DNA of 64,000 nt from the human T2T-CHM13v2.0 reference genome, Homo sapiens (GCF_009914755.1 NC_060938.1), one strand, 5' to 3'; shown: positions 46,666 through 60,844, numbered from the stretch's first letter. Notes: generated by a model from the sequence alone, not told the origin. A program made the numbers and translations.

Positions 46666-47559
46666 TGAAACTCAGACTTCTTGGCGGTAAGTGATGCTTC
46701 CGAGATGCTTAATGTGGTACTCTGACCCGCAATGAGTGAGCTTCAATGAGAAAAACTATGGATGGACCAACAGCACGTTTTCCCATATTCTATCAAATCG
46801 TGAAGATACCAAACTATGAAAGGGTCTACCTGCAAATTAAGTCCTTGAAGACAAGTATATGTATAGCCGGGGTTTTCTTCCACATGCTTTCAACACACTA
46901 CACTTTTGCTCTGGACACAATATCTTAAAAATAAATAAATAAAGCTTTGGCTTTCTTTTAATATGAACACAGTAATTATTTTTCTATTACGACCTGAAAA
47001 CCTAAATACTTAAATACAAAGTCAGCATTTCCAAGACAGCCAAGAGCCAAGAATTAAAAAAAAAAAAAATTAAGGCCGCATTTATAGTTTTGAGGAATGG
47101 AGATCCAAACAAAACAGTCCACAAGTCATCTTGGACGCTGAAGTGTGCAGAACTGCTAGGGCATCTACCCAATCACATGGGGGAATTGCGGGTACCTTGA
47201 TACCGACAAGTTAGCTTCAAAGTTCCCTTACCCGAGCCTCTAAATCAGCTGAGACCAATCATTGTTAACGCTCTCCGGGGCCGTCTTGAGGACTCCCAGT
47301 TGGCAATCTGGAACGTGTCCAGAACTTGGTGGGGCGGGGGGGGATCATATTTCGTGGAGAATGGGGGAGGTGAGCCCTGGGTATAGGGATAACTTTTTAA
47401 CTAGCGTTAATTGGGGTCTTTGCGGCCAGGCTGTAAAGATTCCCGCCACACTAATATGAATCAGCCATGGCCTTTTAATTGGAACGCCGGAACTCTGCCT
47501 TGTTTTATTAATATCTTAATAACACGTTTCTATAATGGACATGTTGGTTCCTTGTATTT

Positions 47560-48450
47560 TAAAACGCAGCCACAAACTGAGGCGATAGCGATCACGTTAT
47601 GCAGTCCCCAATCGTCCAAGCCGAATAGGCTGCATGAAGTATCACTCAAAAACATTCATTACCGTCGGTGTGTTGAGTGGTAACGCCAGTGTGCGAATTC
47701 ATTAATGGAAATCACGGGACCCCGAGCGGTTGGAGATCTGCCACACCCCTCTGCCTGCGTTAAGACAGCCTGACCCGACCTCTGGTGAATTAATGCGCAA
47801 AATGGCGGTTGCACGTCTGTTTCCCCACCCCGGCGCACAATCCTGAGGAAGGACGTCACGTCACCAGGGCAACGACGCTCTTGCGTAAAGGCCCGGCCCA
47901 AGGGAACGTTCAGGGCGTCTCGGCTCTCCCCGCTGCTGCTTCTGCTAGGCCCAGTGCGAGACCAGAGCACGAGCGACTCCCGTCGTCCCCGGCCAGGCAG
48001 ATGTTGGCCTAGTCCTGGCGCGAACGAAGCGCGCTATTTCCCTGCTTCCTCTAGGCCAAGCCTGCTTTACGGCAGGGCCCGCCTCGGGAGCGAGCACAGA
48101 CCGGGGCAGCGAGGCCAGCCAGGCGCCGACGAGGTCCCCGAACGCGCACGCGCTCCGTTCAGCTCCGGGTGGCGGCCGCCGGAGTAGACGTTAGCCATGG
48201 AAACCGAGAGCTGGCCCGGGCGGGGCCGCGGTGAGCTCGTTATTCGGCCGCCGCAGCTTTTCTGCCTCCGCATTCGGGCACTAACCAACCTCCCGGCGGG
48301 ATCGCCCAGCCCGGGTTTACCTGCAAAAATGCGGTCCCTGGGATGCCTTCGCGTCTTCTCTTCCCTCGGGTGACTTGAGGTACGTTCGTTGTCCGACGTC
48401 CACCTCGGGACTTCTTCGGCATCTTAATGTCCAAGCCTGTGCGGAGAGCC
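47560..48450. promoter_or_regulatory. CpG-island promoter of PCNX4, probably bidirectional
   Basis: The only CpG-dense non-repeat region. YY1 CAAAATGGCGG 47798-47808, tandem CRE/ATF-like GACGTCACGTCA 47852-47863, X-box GTCACCAGGGCAAC 47860-47873, upstream GC box GGGGCGGGG 47331-47339. No TATA box seen. Confidence 0.9.
47880..48379 (+). other. PCNX4: PCNX4 first exon (5' leader); TSS approximate
   Basis: GAG|gtacgt donor at 48379/48380 at the edge of the island; a second candidate donor GCG|gtgagc at 48230/48231. Confidence 0.7.
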
Positions 48451-49159
48451 AAGTTGTTCTAGGGGCTTTCATTGCCACAAGAAACATATTTTTCGTTTTT
48501 CGTTGCAAAACCTTTAAGTGCAATTATTGCGCTTAATGAACTCAGTCATTAGAGATAGTAATTCAGTGTGATTTTAACTTTCCTTTGAAAGACTACTTTA
48601 GCCTGTTGAATTGTAGCATTTTGTTTCTAAGAGACTCGTACGAAATGGAATATGGCACACCCACCCGGAGCTGTGTCCGTTAGGTAGAACTGTACTCTCG
48701 CAATATCTCCAACTAAACCTCTTTTGTCCGAATTGTTCAACTCATGGCCCCCTGAACGTGAAGCGCTCCTTCCCCACTGATCTCGACCTCTGTCCCCACA
48801 ACCTCTTGTCTCTCCAGGACCAGAATTTACTCCAGTGAATCGGAAGTTGTTTTCCATGCCGCTGAATTGGTTATCTGCTCTGTATCCATCATTTTTCACT
48901 TATTCATTTTTTACTATTTTTAGGTGTTTGTTTTCTTCATTAAATCATTCCTGCAGTTAGGGCAAAGACTGCCCTTCATGTTATTTGGTATCCACCGCCA
49001 CTCACGCCAAATCCCCAGACCTTTAGCATAGCATCCAGTTCAGATGTTGCCTTTTCACGAATTTAACTGTTTGGAGCATCTGTTGGCTGCTCCTAAATTT
49101 CCTACTTAAAGAGCTGCCTTCTAATTATTAACTGCTGTGGAAAATACCAATCAGGGAAG

Positions 49160-50130
49160 CTTTTTCTTTTTTAAGAGCTTTATTGAGATGTAATTTACAT
49201 TCAATACAATTCACCCATTTATAGAATTGTGCAACCCTTACCACAGTCAAGTTTGGAACATTTTCATCACCCCAAAAAGAAACCTTTTACCCTCAGCAGT
49301 CACCACCTCCCTCCCCCCATTATCCTTACCCCACCAGCCATAAGCAATTACTAATCTGTTTTCTGTCCCCATAAATTTGCTTATTTTGGACATTTCACAT
49401 AGACAGGAAAATACAATATGTGGCGTTTTGTAACGGGCTTTCACTTAGTGTGTTTTCAAGGTTCAGCCATGTTGTAGAATGTATGAGTACTTCATTCCTT
49501 TTTATAGTCTAATTTCATTGTGTGGATATATCACATTTATCCATTCATTGATGGACATTTGGGTTGTTTTCATTTTTTGGCTGTTAGTAATATTTCTTCT
49601 ATGAATCTTTTGTGTACAGATTTTTGTGTAGACATATATGTTTTTATCTCTGTTGGGTGTATACCTGAGAGTAGAATTACTGGGTTATATGGTAACTCTA
49701 TGTTTAGCCTTTTGAGGAACTGCTAGACTGTTTCCCAAAGGAGCTGTATCATTTTACATAACCACCAGATATGTTTGAGGGTTCTGATTTCTCCACAGTC
49801 TCATGAATACTTATTATTGTCTGCCATTTTTATTTTAGCCAGTCAAGGGGGTTTGAAATGGTACCTCATTATGGTTTCAGTTTGTGTTTTTCTAATGAGT
49901 AATGATGTTGAGTATCATTTTATATTTTCTGTGCTTATTAACCATTTGTATATCATCTTTGGAGAAATGTCTGTTCATATCCTTTGCTCATTTTTTAAAG
50001 ATTGGATTATTTGATTTCTCATTATTGAATTGTAAGAGTTCTTTATATAGTCTAGCTATAAGTCATATATATATATGATTTGCACAAATTTTCTTCCATT
50101 CTATAGGTTGTTCTCACTTTCATGATGGTG
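49160..50130 (-). mobile_element. L1MB-like 3' fragment
   Basis: gagctttattgagatgtaatttaca...cattttcatcaccccaaaaagaaacc... Confidence 0.85.
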
Positions 50131-50339
50131 AGAACCTTGTTTTTTAAACAGTTTCTCACTTGTCTTGTGAAAGGGTACTGGATACCAACCCCCTCATGCT
50201 GGCTTAGCCATCAAAAGCGTCCCATTTTTACACTTTGTAGATTCCTCTTGGACCCACTTTTCTCCAAAGAACCCTATTCCCCCCAAGTTATCCTTCCAGT
50301 TCTCTAGCATCAAAACAAAATTCGCTTTCATTTGGCAGT

Positions 50340-50790
50340 TGTTAGTCCAAACTGCACCATTTTGTAAGTCCCCCAGCATTTTGCAGACCTTGGTCAAAGT
50401 GACACATTCCAGGCGAGTTTGGGCTGTGAGAAACATCCTGCCTAACCACCTGACCACAACACACAAGAACATCCTTATCATACCCTGCTAAGCAAAGGCC
50501 CAACTGAAGGAACGTCCCTATCATACCCTGCAACTGGAACAAAGGGCCAAACCACCTGATCATAGGAACATCTTAATATCCTGCCGGGCAGCAAACCAGA
50601 CAGCCCAGACCCCTCCTGCCCATACCTATAAGTCCCCAGCCTGTGAACGGCAGTGGGCTCTGGCATTAAGCTGCACCCCCCACCTCTGCAGGTTTTTGCA
50701 ATATACTTGTGTTGCTGTAGAGCCCCCCCCCCCCCACCCCCATCTTTCTTTAACTCCCACCTTCCCTTTAAAAAAAACCTAACAGCAATA
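50340..50790 (+). mobile_element. ERV1-class LTR (MER61-like, family uncertain) with a poly-C tract
   Basis: tgttagtccaaactgcaccattttgtaag...; TATA-like cctataag near 50626; internal repeats of tatcataccctgc. Confidence 0.65.
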
Positions 50791-50987
50791 GCATGGTATG
50801 ATTCAAAAACTCATTTTGCCACTAACTGACATTGTATCTTGGTTAAGTCACTTAATATCACTGGTTCTCAGGTTTTTTTGTAAAATAAATTAATTTATTT
50901 CTAGTAATTCATGTGAGTAGCAGACTTCATTCACCTGATACTTGATTTTAAAAGAAAAGTTTTTCAACCCAGGGAATTTATAGTGGG

Positions 50988-51566
50988 TGTCAGTCGAGAA
51001 AAATGATGGGACAAGTCTCAATCATTTTAGGAGATTTATTTGCCAAAGTTAAGGACGTGCCCGGGAGGCAAGTCTATGTCTTTCTTCGAAGATGATTTTG
51101 AGGTCTCCAAATTTAAAGGGGAAAGGGCAGGATGTTGAGAAGTACACAATTGTCATGTAAGAGGTGGGTAGGGGCAAATAGTTATTTATGCCTTTGGCTC
51201 AGTGAATCTGCATTTTTTACGTAAGATGACATAAAAGGGGCAGAGGAAAATATTAGGGGAATCTGCATTTTACATAAGATAACAGACAAAATGGGGTAGG
51301 GGAACAATCAGATTTGCATTTATGTCTGGTGGGCCAGGGGTAACTGCACCTGTAAGCTGTCAATTGACATTGCCATGATGAAATTTTAGCTCACTGGGAA
51401 TTTCCCTGTGGGCAAAATACAGGGGAGGTGTGTAGCTTTTCATCTTGTAGCCATCCTATTTAGAAACCAAAAGGGGGGAGACAGGTTTGCATGACCCAGT
51501 TCCCAGCTTGACTTCTTCCCTTTGGCTAAATGAGTTTGGGGTCCCAAAATTTAATTTCCTTTCACA
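50988..51566 (-). mobile_element. MER4A-type 3' LTR
   Basis: The reverse complement starts tgtgaaaggaaattaaattttgggaccccaaactca; a polypurine tract lies adjacent (tttcccttctttttt on +). Confidence 0.85.
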
Positions 51567-53230
51567 TTTCCCTTCTTTTTTCTGTAAAATCTTTTGGAGA
51601 AAGCATTTTAAAAGGAAGACGAGTTCCTGGCCTCAGGTTGGTTTTTCCTCCCTTTTTTGAGCTGCTTTCTTATTGCTAGGATGGTTTATTCCTAGAAGTT
51701 CAGGTCCCCAGTCTCTAGGAAGGCTCATTTCTAAGAGGTCATGTCCCATGAAGGTTAAAAAAAAAAAATAGGAAGAGGAAAGAAGTAAAAAAGGAAAGGA
51801 AAAAAAAAGAAAAAATATATAGGGACCTAGGCCAGATTTATAGCAACAAAAGGAAATCACACCTGGAAGCTGGGTCAGGCTATATTACTGCCTTCTCAAT
51901 TAGAGCAATTCTCTAGGGAATCATTACCCTAGCCCTTTCAGTTCATTGACATATTTGCAGGCACATAACCATAACAACACTGTAAGCAGAAACAGGACAC
52001 AACACAAACTATTATTCCTAATATAAGCAATAAGCTTCTGCCACCAAGTTTCCCAGGATCCAAACCCACCACTCAACTGATTGATTAACGAAGGTTTTGG
52101 GTGTGACAGATATCTGGGTTTTCTGGGTTTTCATATCAGTCATAAGTCAGATTATGTTCTTCAATTCATCTGGAATATAAACACAACATTCCATTTTTAT
52201 GATGGTGCAGGTCCTCCCTTGTGCTGCTGTGAGTCTATGTAAAGCCATACGGTTTTGCAGCACAGCTTTCCTCATAAGCATGACTTCCTTGTTTAGCAAG
52301 GAAATACTCATGCAGCTATCATTCAGGACCTTTTGGGAGTAATTCACTAAAGCCTCTATATGCCATATAACATCTTCAGTACCTATCTGTGGTACAAAGA
52401 TTGAAGCTAAGTGGTCATACCATTAGAATACCAAATGTGTCCAACAAGATTGTAAATGAAAAAGGTTTGCTGGTTTTGGCAGGTCTGAATTACTCGTCCT
52501 TGTGCCCAGGCATAACATAGGGAACATTGTCCTAACCACTCTGGAGGTAACCACGGCCATAAGTTAGTGCCACATAGCCAATATGTCCCATTTGGAGCTA
52601 GCCAATAAATAACTGATCATTGGCACCCAATGGGTGGCAAGCCATTCAGTGTCTTGTAATATGATAGTGTGGTCACAGCGTTCTCCAGGTATCCACCCCA
52701 TATCTCTCGTACTGTTTGGACATAGGTCCTTGGTGTGATTTCTTTGCTCCCAACACAAAGCATTTTGGCTGAGTTGGCCAAATGAAGGGGTGAGCCAGAT
52801 AAATCAATACCAATTTAAAAGGCCTGTGTAACAAATAATTATTCTTGCTGTACTGTATCCAAATAATTAAGCCAAGTATAGTAAAGCAAACCAGTCCTAC
52901 CATGACTTGTCTTTTAATAAGTGGGAAACTGGAGAGAGAAAATTATGTTTCAAAAACTGTAGCACACCTGTTGTTAAATTCTAGTCTTGCCTCATGTTTT
53001 CCAATTTTTAGTATTTTCTACAGTTTAAATTAAATTCTGATTTTTCTGGCTACAAGTTTCTAAAATAAGTTGTGCTTCCTTAAAGTCCTATGAACTGAAA
53101 ACTAGATGTTTTATCAGGCGCTGCCTCTAAACCCCCCAACCATCACAGAAGGAAATCTCTTCACTGCTGGCATTGACAACTAATAACTGAGGGTGCCCGG
53201 AATCCTTCACCCCATGTCTAGTGAGTCTAC
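51567..53230 (-). mobile_element. MER4-group ERV internal sequence with a decayed env
   Basis: ORF 52147-52347 has VLQNRMALHRLTAAQG (immunosuppressive domain) and CTIIKMECC (CX6CC) of a class I TM protein. Confidence 0.85.
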
Positions 53231-53239
53231 GGAACCAGG

Positions 53240-53952
53240 GTAATTGAGACAATATCTGTTACAGGAATCAACTCCTGGATACATCACACTTGAGTCAAAG
53301 CCTGGAAAGCTGAGGAAGCAACCCCTGAGAGCCCAAAGGAACGTCCTAAATATAATGGAAATTATTTACTACGCCTTGTGGGAATTGCTTTACTCTACTA
53401 TTTGCAGTAGGACTATATACTATAGCACCTTCAGGGTGGAATATCTGACAGGGAATCTCAATTGCTGTAGCATTTTGCTTAATTATTATCCTCATAGCAG
53501 GAATAACTGTTACTAACAAAAGATAATATGTGGGCCTTTCCAAACATGTGCCTCTGCCTCTCATTAGGTAGGGAATGTTGTTTCTATCTCAACCAATCAG
53601 GCCTAGTAAGAGACTGCTGAAAAACTTAAAGGTCTAAAAAGCTAAGGGAATACCAAAACAACCAGACAGATTCTTGGTTTGGGAGCAGAATCATAGCATG
53701 GGTCACCCCATTCCTGGGCCCTCTCCTAATAATATGCCTAGGACTAATGTTCTTACCCTGCCTAATTAACCTTTTTCAAAGATTTTTAGCTGACAGACTC
53801 ATGACCATTTCACACACAACTACCCAAAAACATCTACAGTGTTATTTCTGCAGTCAATCCAAGACCCAAAAACTGTCTGTCCCCTTGTCAGCAGGAAGTA
53901 GCCAGAAAGAACACACTGCCCCTCATCATTTTTATAACTACAGGGTCTGGAT
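53240..53952 (+). mobile_element. ERV1 internal remnant (pol end and env TM) attached to LTR19
   Basis: gaatgttgtttctatctcaaccaatcaggcctagtaagaga encodes ECCFYLNQSGLVR; cagcaggaagtagccaga precedes the LTR. Confidence 0.75.
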
Positions 53953-54409
53953 TGACAGAGCAGGAGCATCACCCTCTTCGACTTCGACGAGGACCATCAT
54001 TTTAAGTTTCACCTTGATCAAAACCCACCAAAATCCAAAGGGCATCAGCCTTATGGTTAAGGTCAGCACGAACATAAATCACACAACATCTCTGACCAGA
54101 AACATTCGAAACCCCTCCCGGACCAGAGACATGCCAGCCCCGAGATAACCTTCCCCCTGGCTGGAGAGATGTCAGCCCCAAGATAACCTCCCTTCTGACC
54201 AGAGACATTCCAACCCTACCATAAGCTTCTCCCCCATGCAGAAACATTCCAAACCTGTAATAAGTTCTGTCACCAATAAATACTGTAAGTCTGTAAGAGA
54301 GAGCTTTCCTGACTGAAATCAGCCAGAAGCCTCTCTCAGGTTTATTCTCCAAAACAAACCTGTCTTTGACTGTTGAGCCACTTTGTATTTCTTTCCTCTT
54401 TAACTTACA
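53953..54409 (+). mobile_element. LTR19-like 3' LTR
   Basis: tgacagagcaggagcatc...ttaca, repeated gaccagagacat...gataacc units, AATAAA near 54275. Confidence 0.8.
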
Positions 54410-54619
54410 CTGTGACCTTACAAAACACTCTTATTCAAAAACCCTCCAAAAGTCTTGAATTTGAGTGAATACCTTTTTATAGATCCAAAGAGATGTTAAC
54501 GTGGTTGTTCCTTTTCAGTCTTTCTTTTCTAGTACTTGGGTAGACTTTCCTTTGGTTGGGGAGCGGGGTGCTTACCATATAACTTGTAAACCAAAGCATG
54601 AAATATATGTTTCTGTTTA

Positions 54620-54964
<345 letters not shown>

Positions 54965-55754
54965 CTATCCATGGCATGGCATTCGGTTAAGATTCCATAG
55001 AGTATTTTCCGGATTATAATGGTAGCTATCTTTGCATCTCTGGATTCCTACTGGTACCCTCAACAGATAGCACTTGGCTATCAAAAAAACTTCATGTATG
55101 CATACTTTTTAGAATTGCTCTAGTAGTAGCAAGTGATTTTTATCCAGAGCAACTGAAAATTAAGTTCTTTCATATCATGCTTTTGAGTACTTAGGTGTAG
55201 GCCAGTTTGTTTTCTTTTCCAGGTATAAAATTTTCCGTTTTCCAAATTACTAAATTTGGTAATGCTTGGAAATGTAAAACTTTGGTATATTTCCTTGCAG
55301 ATTTTGTAAAATACTTTTTAGGAATATGGATGAATACATTGTATTTATTACTGAAAGTTTGTCTAATCATTTTTAAACAAGCAGAAATTAGTTTTTCTTG
55401 ATAAGTTTAATTTTGTTTAGGTTATTTATAAATTAACTTTATCTTTCTTGCTTAATAATGAAAATTGAAAGAATTCCAGAATTGCTTCTACCAAAAACAG
55501 TTATTTGAAGGGAAAATGAGATTTACTGGATTGTAACCTTTGGGTTAGAGAGAGCAGTATTATCACTGAGCACATTGTAGGTACCCAAAAGTTTGTAACT
55601 AAAAGTTGAAATTGTGGGAAGTAATAATTTATCTTTTAGCTGTTTCTTCATAGAAGGAAGAGTAACACATTTGGCCTATATTTAACAACTATCAAAATTT
55701 AAATATTTAATCTTTTCTAGCATCTTCTAACAGTGCTTTAAGAAAAAGGTAATG

Positions 55755-56099
<345 letters not shown>

Positions 56100-56279
56100 T
56101 CAAAGAGCTAATGCCCTTCATATATGAAAAGTTCTTCCAAATTCGTAAGAAAAATGTTCAAAAATGATCACTTCAATAGAAAAATAGGCAAAGGACATGA
56201 GCCAATTTACAAAAAAAAAATACCATTTTTCTGCACACACACACGCCCCCAAACATATATACATACTTGTAATTAATTT

Positions 56280-56581
<302 letters not shown>

Positions 56582-56622
56582 TAATATTCTTAAACCATAT
56601 TCATGAAACAATAATAGGATTT

Positions 56623-57370
56623 TGAGGACTCAGCTCTGATTTGTTAAATCTTGCCCAAATTCCTGTCTAAGGGGCCTAGAGAGTCATGCCCTACAAATCA
56701 TAAATTCTCATCAGGTGGGTTTTATTTAACCCTGTATATCTTGACTTTCCAATCTGACTCTGGCATAACAAGGAAGAAAATAAAAATGTTTTACCCAAAA
56801 ATATATTTCCTTGCCATACCTTGAAATTGCCCTGCAAAGTCTCTTGTGGGAAAAATCCACATTCTATAATGAGTCCCCTTTCCCCTTTGTTTTCCTTCCT
56901 TCCTTTCCAGATCCAAGAGATAATCAACTAACAGTCAGGTACCCTTTTAAGTCTGATAAGAAATATTTTACCACCTGCTCTCTGAAGTCTGCTCTCTGAG
57001 AGCTTCCTCTGCACAGTGAAACTTGGTCTCCACAATCCTTTATCTTAACCTGAACATTTCTTTTCTGTTGATCCCAGGTCTTCAGATAAACTCATCCTAT
57101 TGTCAACCAGAAAATGTTTAAATTTACCTATAGTCTGGAAGCCCCTGCTTTGAGTTGTCCCACCTTTCTAAACCAGACCAATGTGTTTCTTAAATGTATT
57201 TGATATCTTATGCCTCCCTAAAATATATAAAACTAAGCTGTACCTTAGCCACCTTGGGCACATGTTCTGAGGACCTCCTGAGGGCTGTGTCATGGGCTGT
57301 GGTCACTCATATTTGGCTCAGAATAAATCTCTTAAAATATTTTACACTTGTTCGGCTTTTTTCATCAACA
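56623..57370 (+). mobile_element. MER4D/E-type solo LTR
   Basis: tgaggactcagctctgattt...ttcatcaaca; 4-bp TSD attt. Confidence 0.88.
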
Positions 57371-57519
57371 ATTTCATAAAAAGGAACACTCAGATTAAAG
57401 AAGAGCTCTCAGAAGTTAAAAAAATGAGCAAAGATTTGATAAATTTCCACAGATCTATTAGTCTCCTGAAAGTACAACAAAAATATAGTTGAGACAAGTG
57501 CCTCAGTGCAGAAGTACTC

Positions 57520-58225
57520 CTTAATATCACCTCACCTGTTATGATGACTACTATCAAAAAAACAAAAGAGTGTTGGTGAGGATATGGAGGAATTGGAACC
57601 CTTGTATGCTGGGTGGGAATGCAAAATTGTGCAGCCACTATCTATGCCAAAACAGTATGGAGGTTTCTCAAAATATAAAAAAAAATAATTAAAAAAAGAG
57701 CTACCATATGATCTAGCAATTTTGCTTTTGGGTATTTATACAAAATAATTGAAATCAAGATAAAAGTGATAGTTGCCCTCCCATGTTTATTGCAGCATTA
57801 TTCAACTTAAATGTCCATCAACAGATAAATGGTTAAAGAAAATGTGGTATAGACATACAACGGACTATTATTCAGCCTTAAAAAAAGGAAACCATGCCAT
57901 ATGTAACAACAGATGAACCTTGAAGGCATTATGTTAAGTGAAGTAAGCCAGTCACATGAAGGACAACTACTACATTCCACTTATGTGAGGTATCTAAAAT
58001 AGACTAACTCTAAATCAGTGAGTAGAATGGTGATTGCCAGAGAATGGGGGGAGGGAAAATAGGGAGTTGCTATTCAACAGGTATGAAGTTTTAATTATGC
58101 AGGATGAACAAGTTCTAGAGATCTGTTCTACAACATTGTGCCTGCAGCTGACAATACTGTATTGTACACTTAAATGTTTAACAGTAGATCTCATGTTAGT
58201 GTTCCTACCACAATGAAAAATCAAA
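57520..58225 (+). mobile_element. L1MA 3' fragment
   Basis: tgttggtgaggat...caagttctagagatctg...gtagatctcatgtt...taccacaat. Confidence 0.85.
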
Positions 58226-60024
58226 ATCCTAACAATACAGGAAAAAAGAGGGATTCAATAAATGAAATCAACCAATCAATAAAAATAATATGATAGATTT
58301 AAAAAAACTTAAAAATCAATCACTACAACATCTCAAAATTTTTTTGTTGAACTTAGAGAAATATATATTTAATCCAAAAATGTGGCCACTTTTTGTTGTT
58401 TTTTTGTTTAACAGATTTTTAGTATGGTGTTATATATGTCTGAGTTACATACAGTTTTGGTAACTAAGAATTCCTCTCAGTACGTTGCCAGATTGATCTC
58501 TGTTTCTTACTCTTGTGAGTAATGTGTAACAAATATGACTCCCAAATAAAGCAGCATTTCTGTGGCTATTTTGTTGGCCCACTTTCAGAGTAGTATGTGA
58601 AGAAAGCCTATGGCTTAAATTAGTGTTGTGATGTCATCTTTATCCCTTAAGTTCTCTTTTCACAGTTTTGTTTTTTTCCTAAGTCTTCAGCCGTTTTTTA
58701 TTTGAATATTGTAGAGGTGGCATCCATACCAATGCATCAGTTCTTCTGGGAATTAATAATCTTTCAGAACTATGTGCCAAATTCTCACTTGGGGAGTACA
58801 TTTTAGTTATTGTGAATTTGTTTTCTATGCTAGTAATTCAGTTTGGCATTTAGAAGATTTCTTTGTATAAATGAAACTGTTGCCTCCTACAAATAAAGTA
58901 TTTTCAAATTCTTAAATATTTTTAAATGTTCCAGGATCTGTAATTTAAATGTCAAAGGTTACCAGTGAATCGTAATTGTCTTTATACTTCCTTAATGAGT
59001 TGCTAAATACTCTTTAATCCTTAAAAAGAAAATAGAAACACCCATACTTTAAATCAGTTTTTAGGTCTGATATGCTTGCTACCTGTCAAATTTCTCTGAT
59101 AGTTTTTTCCTTGTGTACCTCTGTTCATGACATTCCTCCTTAACTGGCATACCCTTTCAGTTCTTGGTTTGGCTCAATCTTTAAGATCCTGATGGAAACC
59201 CAGGCCAGTGTTTCTTAAAGTAGTTTCCATAAAACATTAGTTACATGATCTGTTACTAGATATCATGGGAAAAATGGGTTCCAAGGTCAAATAAGTTTGG
59301 AAAACTCAAATGACACATTTTAAGCAGACTTGCAGAAGTGTTTTTTAATTTCAAAGATCTCAAAGGCTTTAGTCTGCTGATATCCATTGTGACTCTTCAA
59401 GATGACAGTATAGTCTATAATTTTTCAAACTGCCCTGACCACAGACCCCTTTTCAAGGTATATTCTGTGGGATATATGATCCTGTATCTTTCAGCCTTTT
59501 AAAAATAGTTCATTAAAATAAATCACCATATCAGTGTTCTCTCCCATGCTTCTTAGGCTTCTTGAGGGAACATACATTCTCTTTGTGCTTCTTGGTCTGC
59601 TTTCACTCAATTCTTGATTTCTCCCACTTTATTTTGCTTCTTATGCCTACTGTTCTACCTCTGCCCTTCTTTCTCAGTATGAACTAGTTCCTGCTTTGCT
59701 GATGATGGAGATTAAAGCATAGTAAGGGACAGGGAGCAAATTAAAATTGGACTTCTGACATCTTAAAATTCTCCAGTCATTTCCTCCACAGGAGAAACAC
59801 AGCCATATTTCTCCCTTAGGCTCATCCTGCTCCTGTGTTGCTTTGTGATATATTGATCTAGGCAGAATCTTCCCTGAGCCAGTAATACTATGAATAGATA
59901 GCATTATTCCGTAAAAAATAAGTATAGATACTTTCCAAACATTTTAAAACTCAATAAACAGTTTATGGGCTTACTGTTTTGAGTAGAGTAGGATATGCTG
60001 CAAGTTTTTGAAAATGGTAAATAC

Positions 60025-60349
<325 letters not shown>

Positions 60350-60482
60350 TTAAGACAGCAATATGTCATATTTTCCAATTTTAATTGTCTTACTTAAGCT
60401 ATGTCTTTAAAGTATTACATGCTTCTCCATGGAAAGGTATTTTGCTAAATATGGGGAATCAAGAATCTCAAGATGTGGCCCC

Positions 60483-60844
60483 TGTATTCATCTGTTTTCA
60501 CACTGCTGATAAAGACATACCCAAGACTGGGTAATTTATAAAGAAAAAGAGGTTTAATGTACTCACAATTTCTCATGGCTGAGGAGGCCTCATGATCATG
60601 GTGGAAGGTGAAAGGCATGTTTTACATGGCAGCAGACGAGAGAAAATCAGAACCGAGTGGAAGGGGTTTCCCCTTATAAAACCATCAGGTCTCGTGAGAC
60701 TTATTCACTACCACAAGAACAGTATGGGGGAAACCACCCCCATGATTCAATTATCTCCCACCAGGTCCCTCCGACAACACATGGGAATTATGGGAGCTAC
60801 AATTCAAGATGAGATTTGGGTGGGGAAACAGCCAAACCGTATCA
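60483..60844 (-). mobile_element. THE1 solo LTR (MaLR)
   Basis: tgtatt...ctgctgataaagacatacc...cagccaaaccgtatca; TSD gcccc. Confidence 0.92.

Noticed and set aside
47659-48899. GC-rich ORFs across the CpG island in the ORF track
   Set aside because: Expected from the scarcity of stop codons in GC-rich DNA; most start at non-ATG codons and resemble no protein family.
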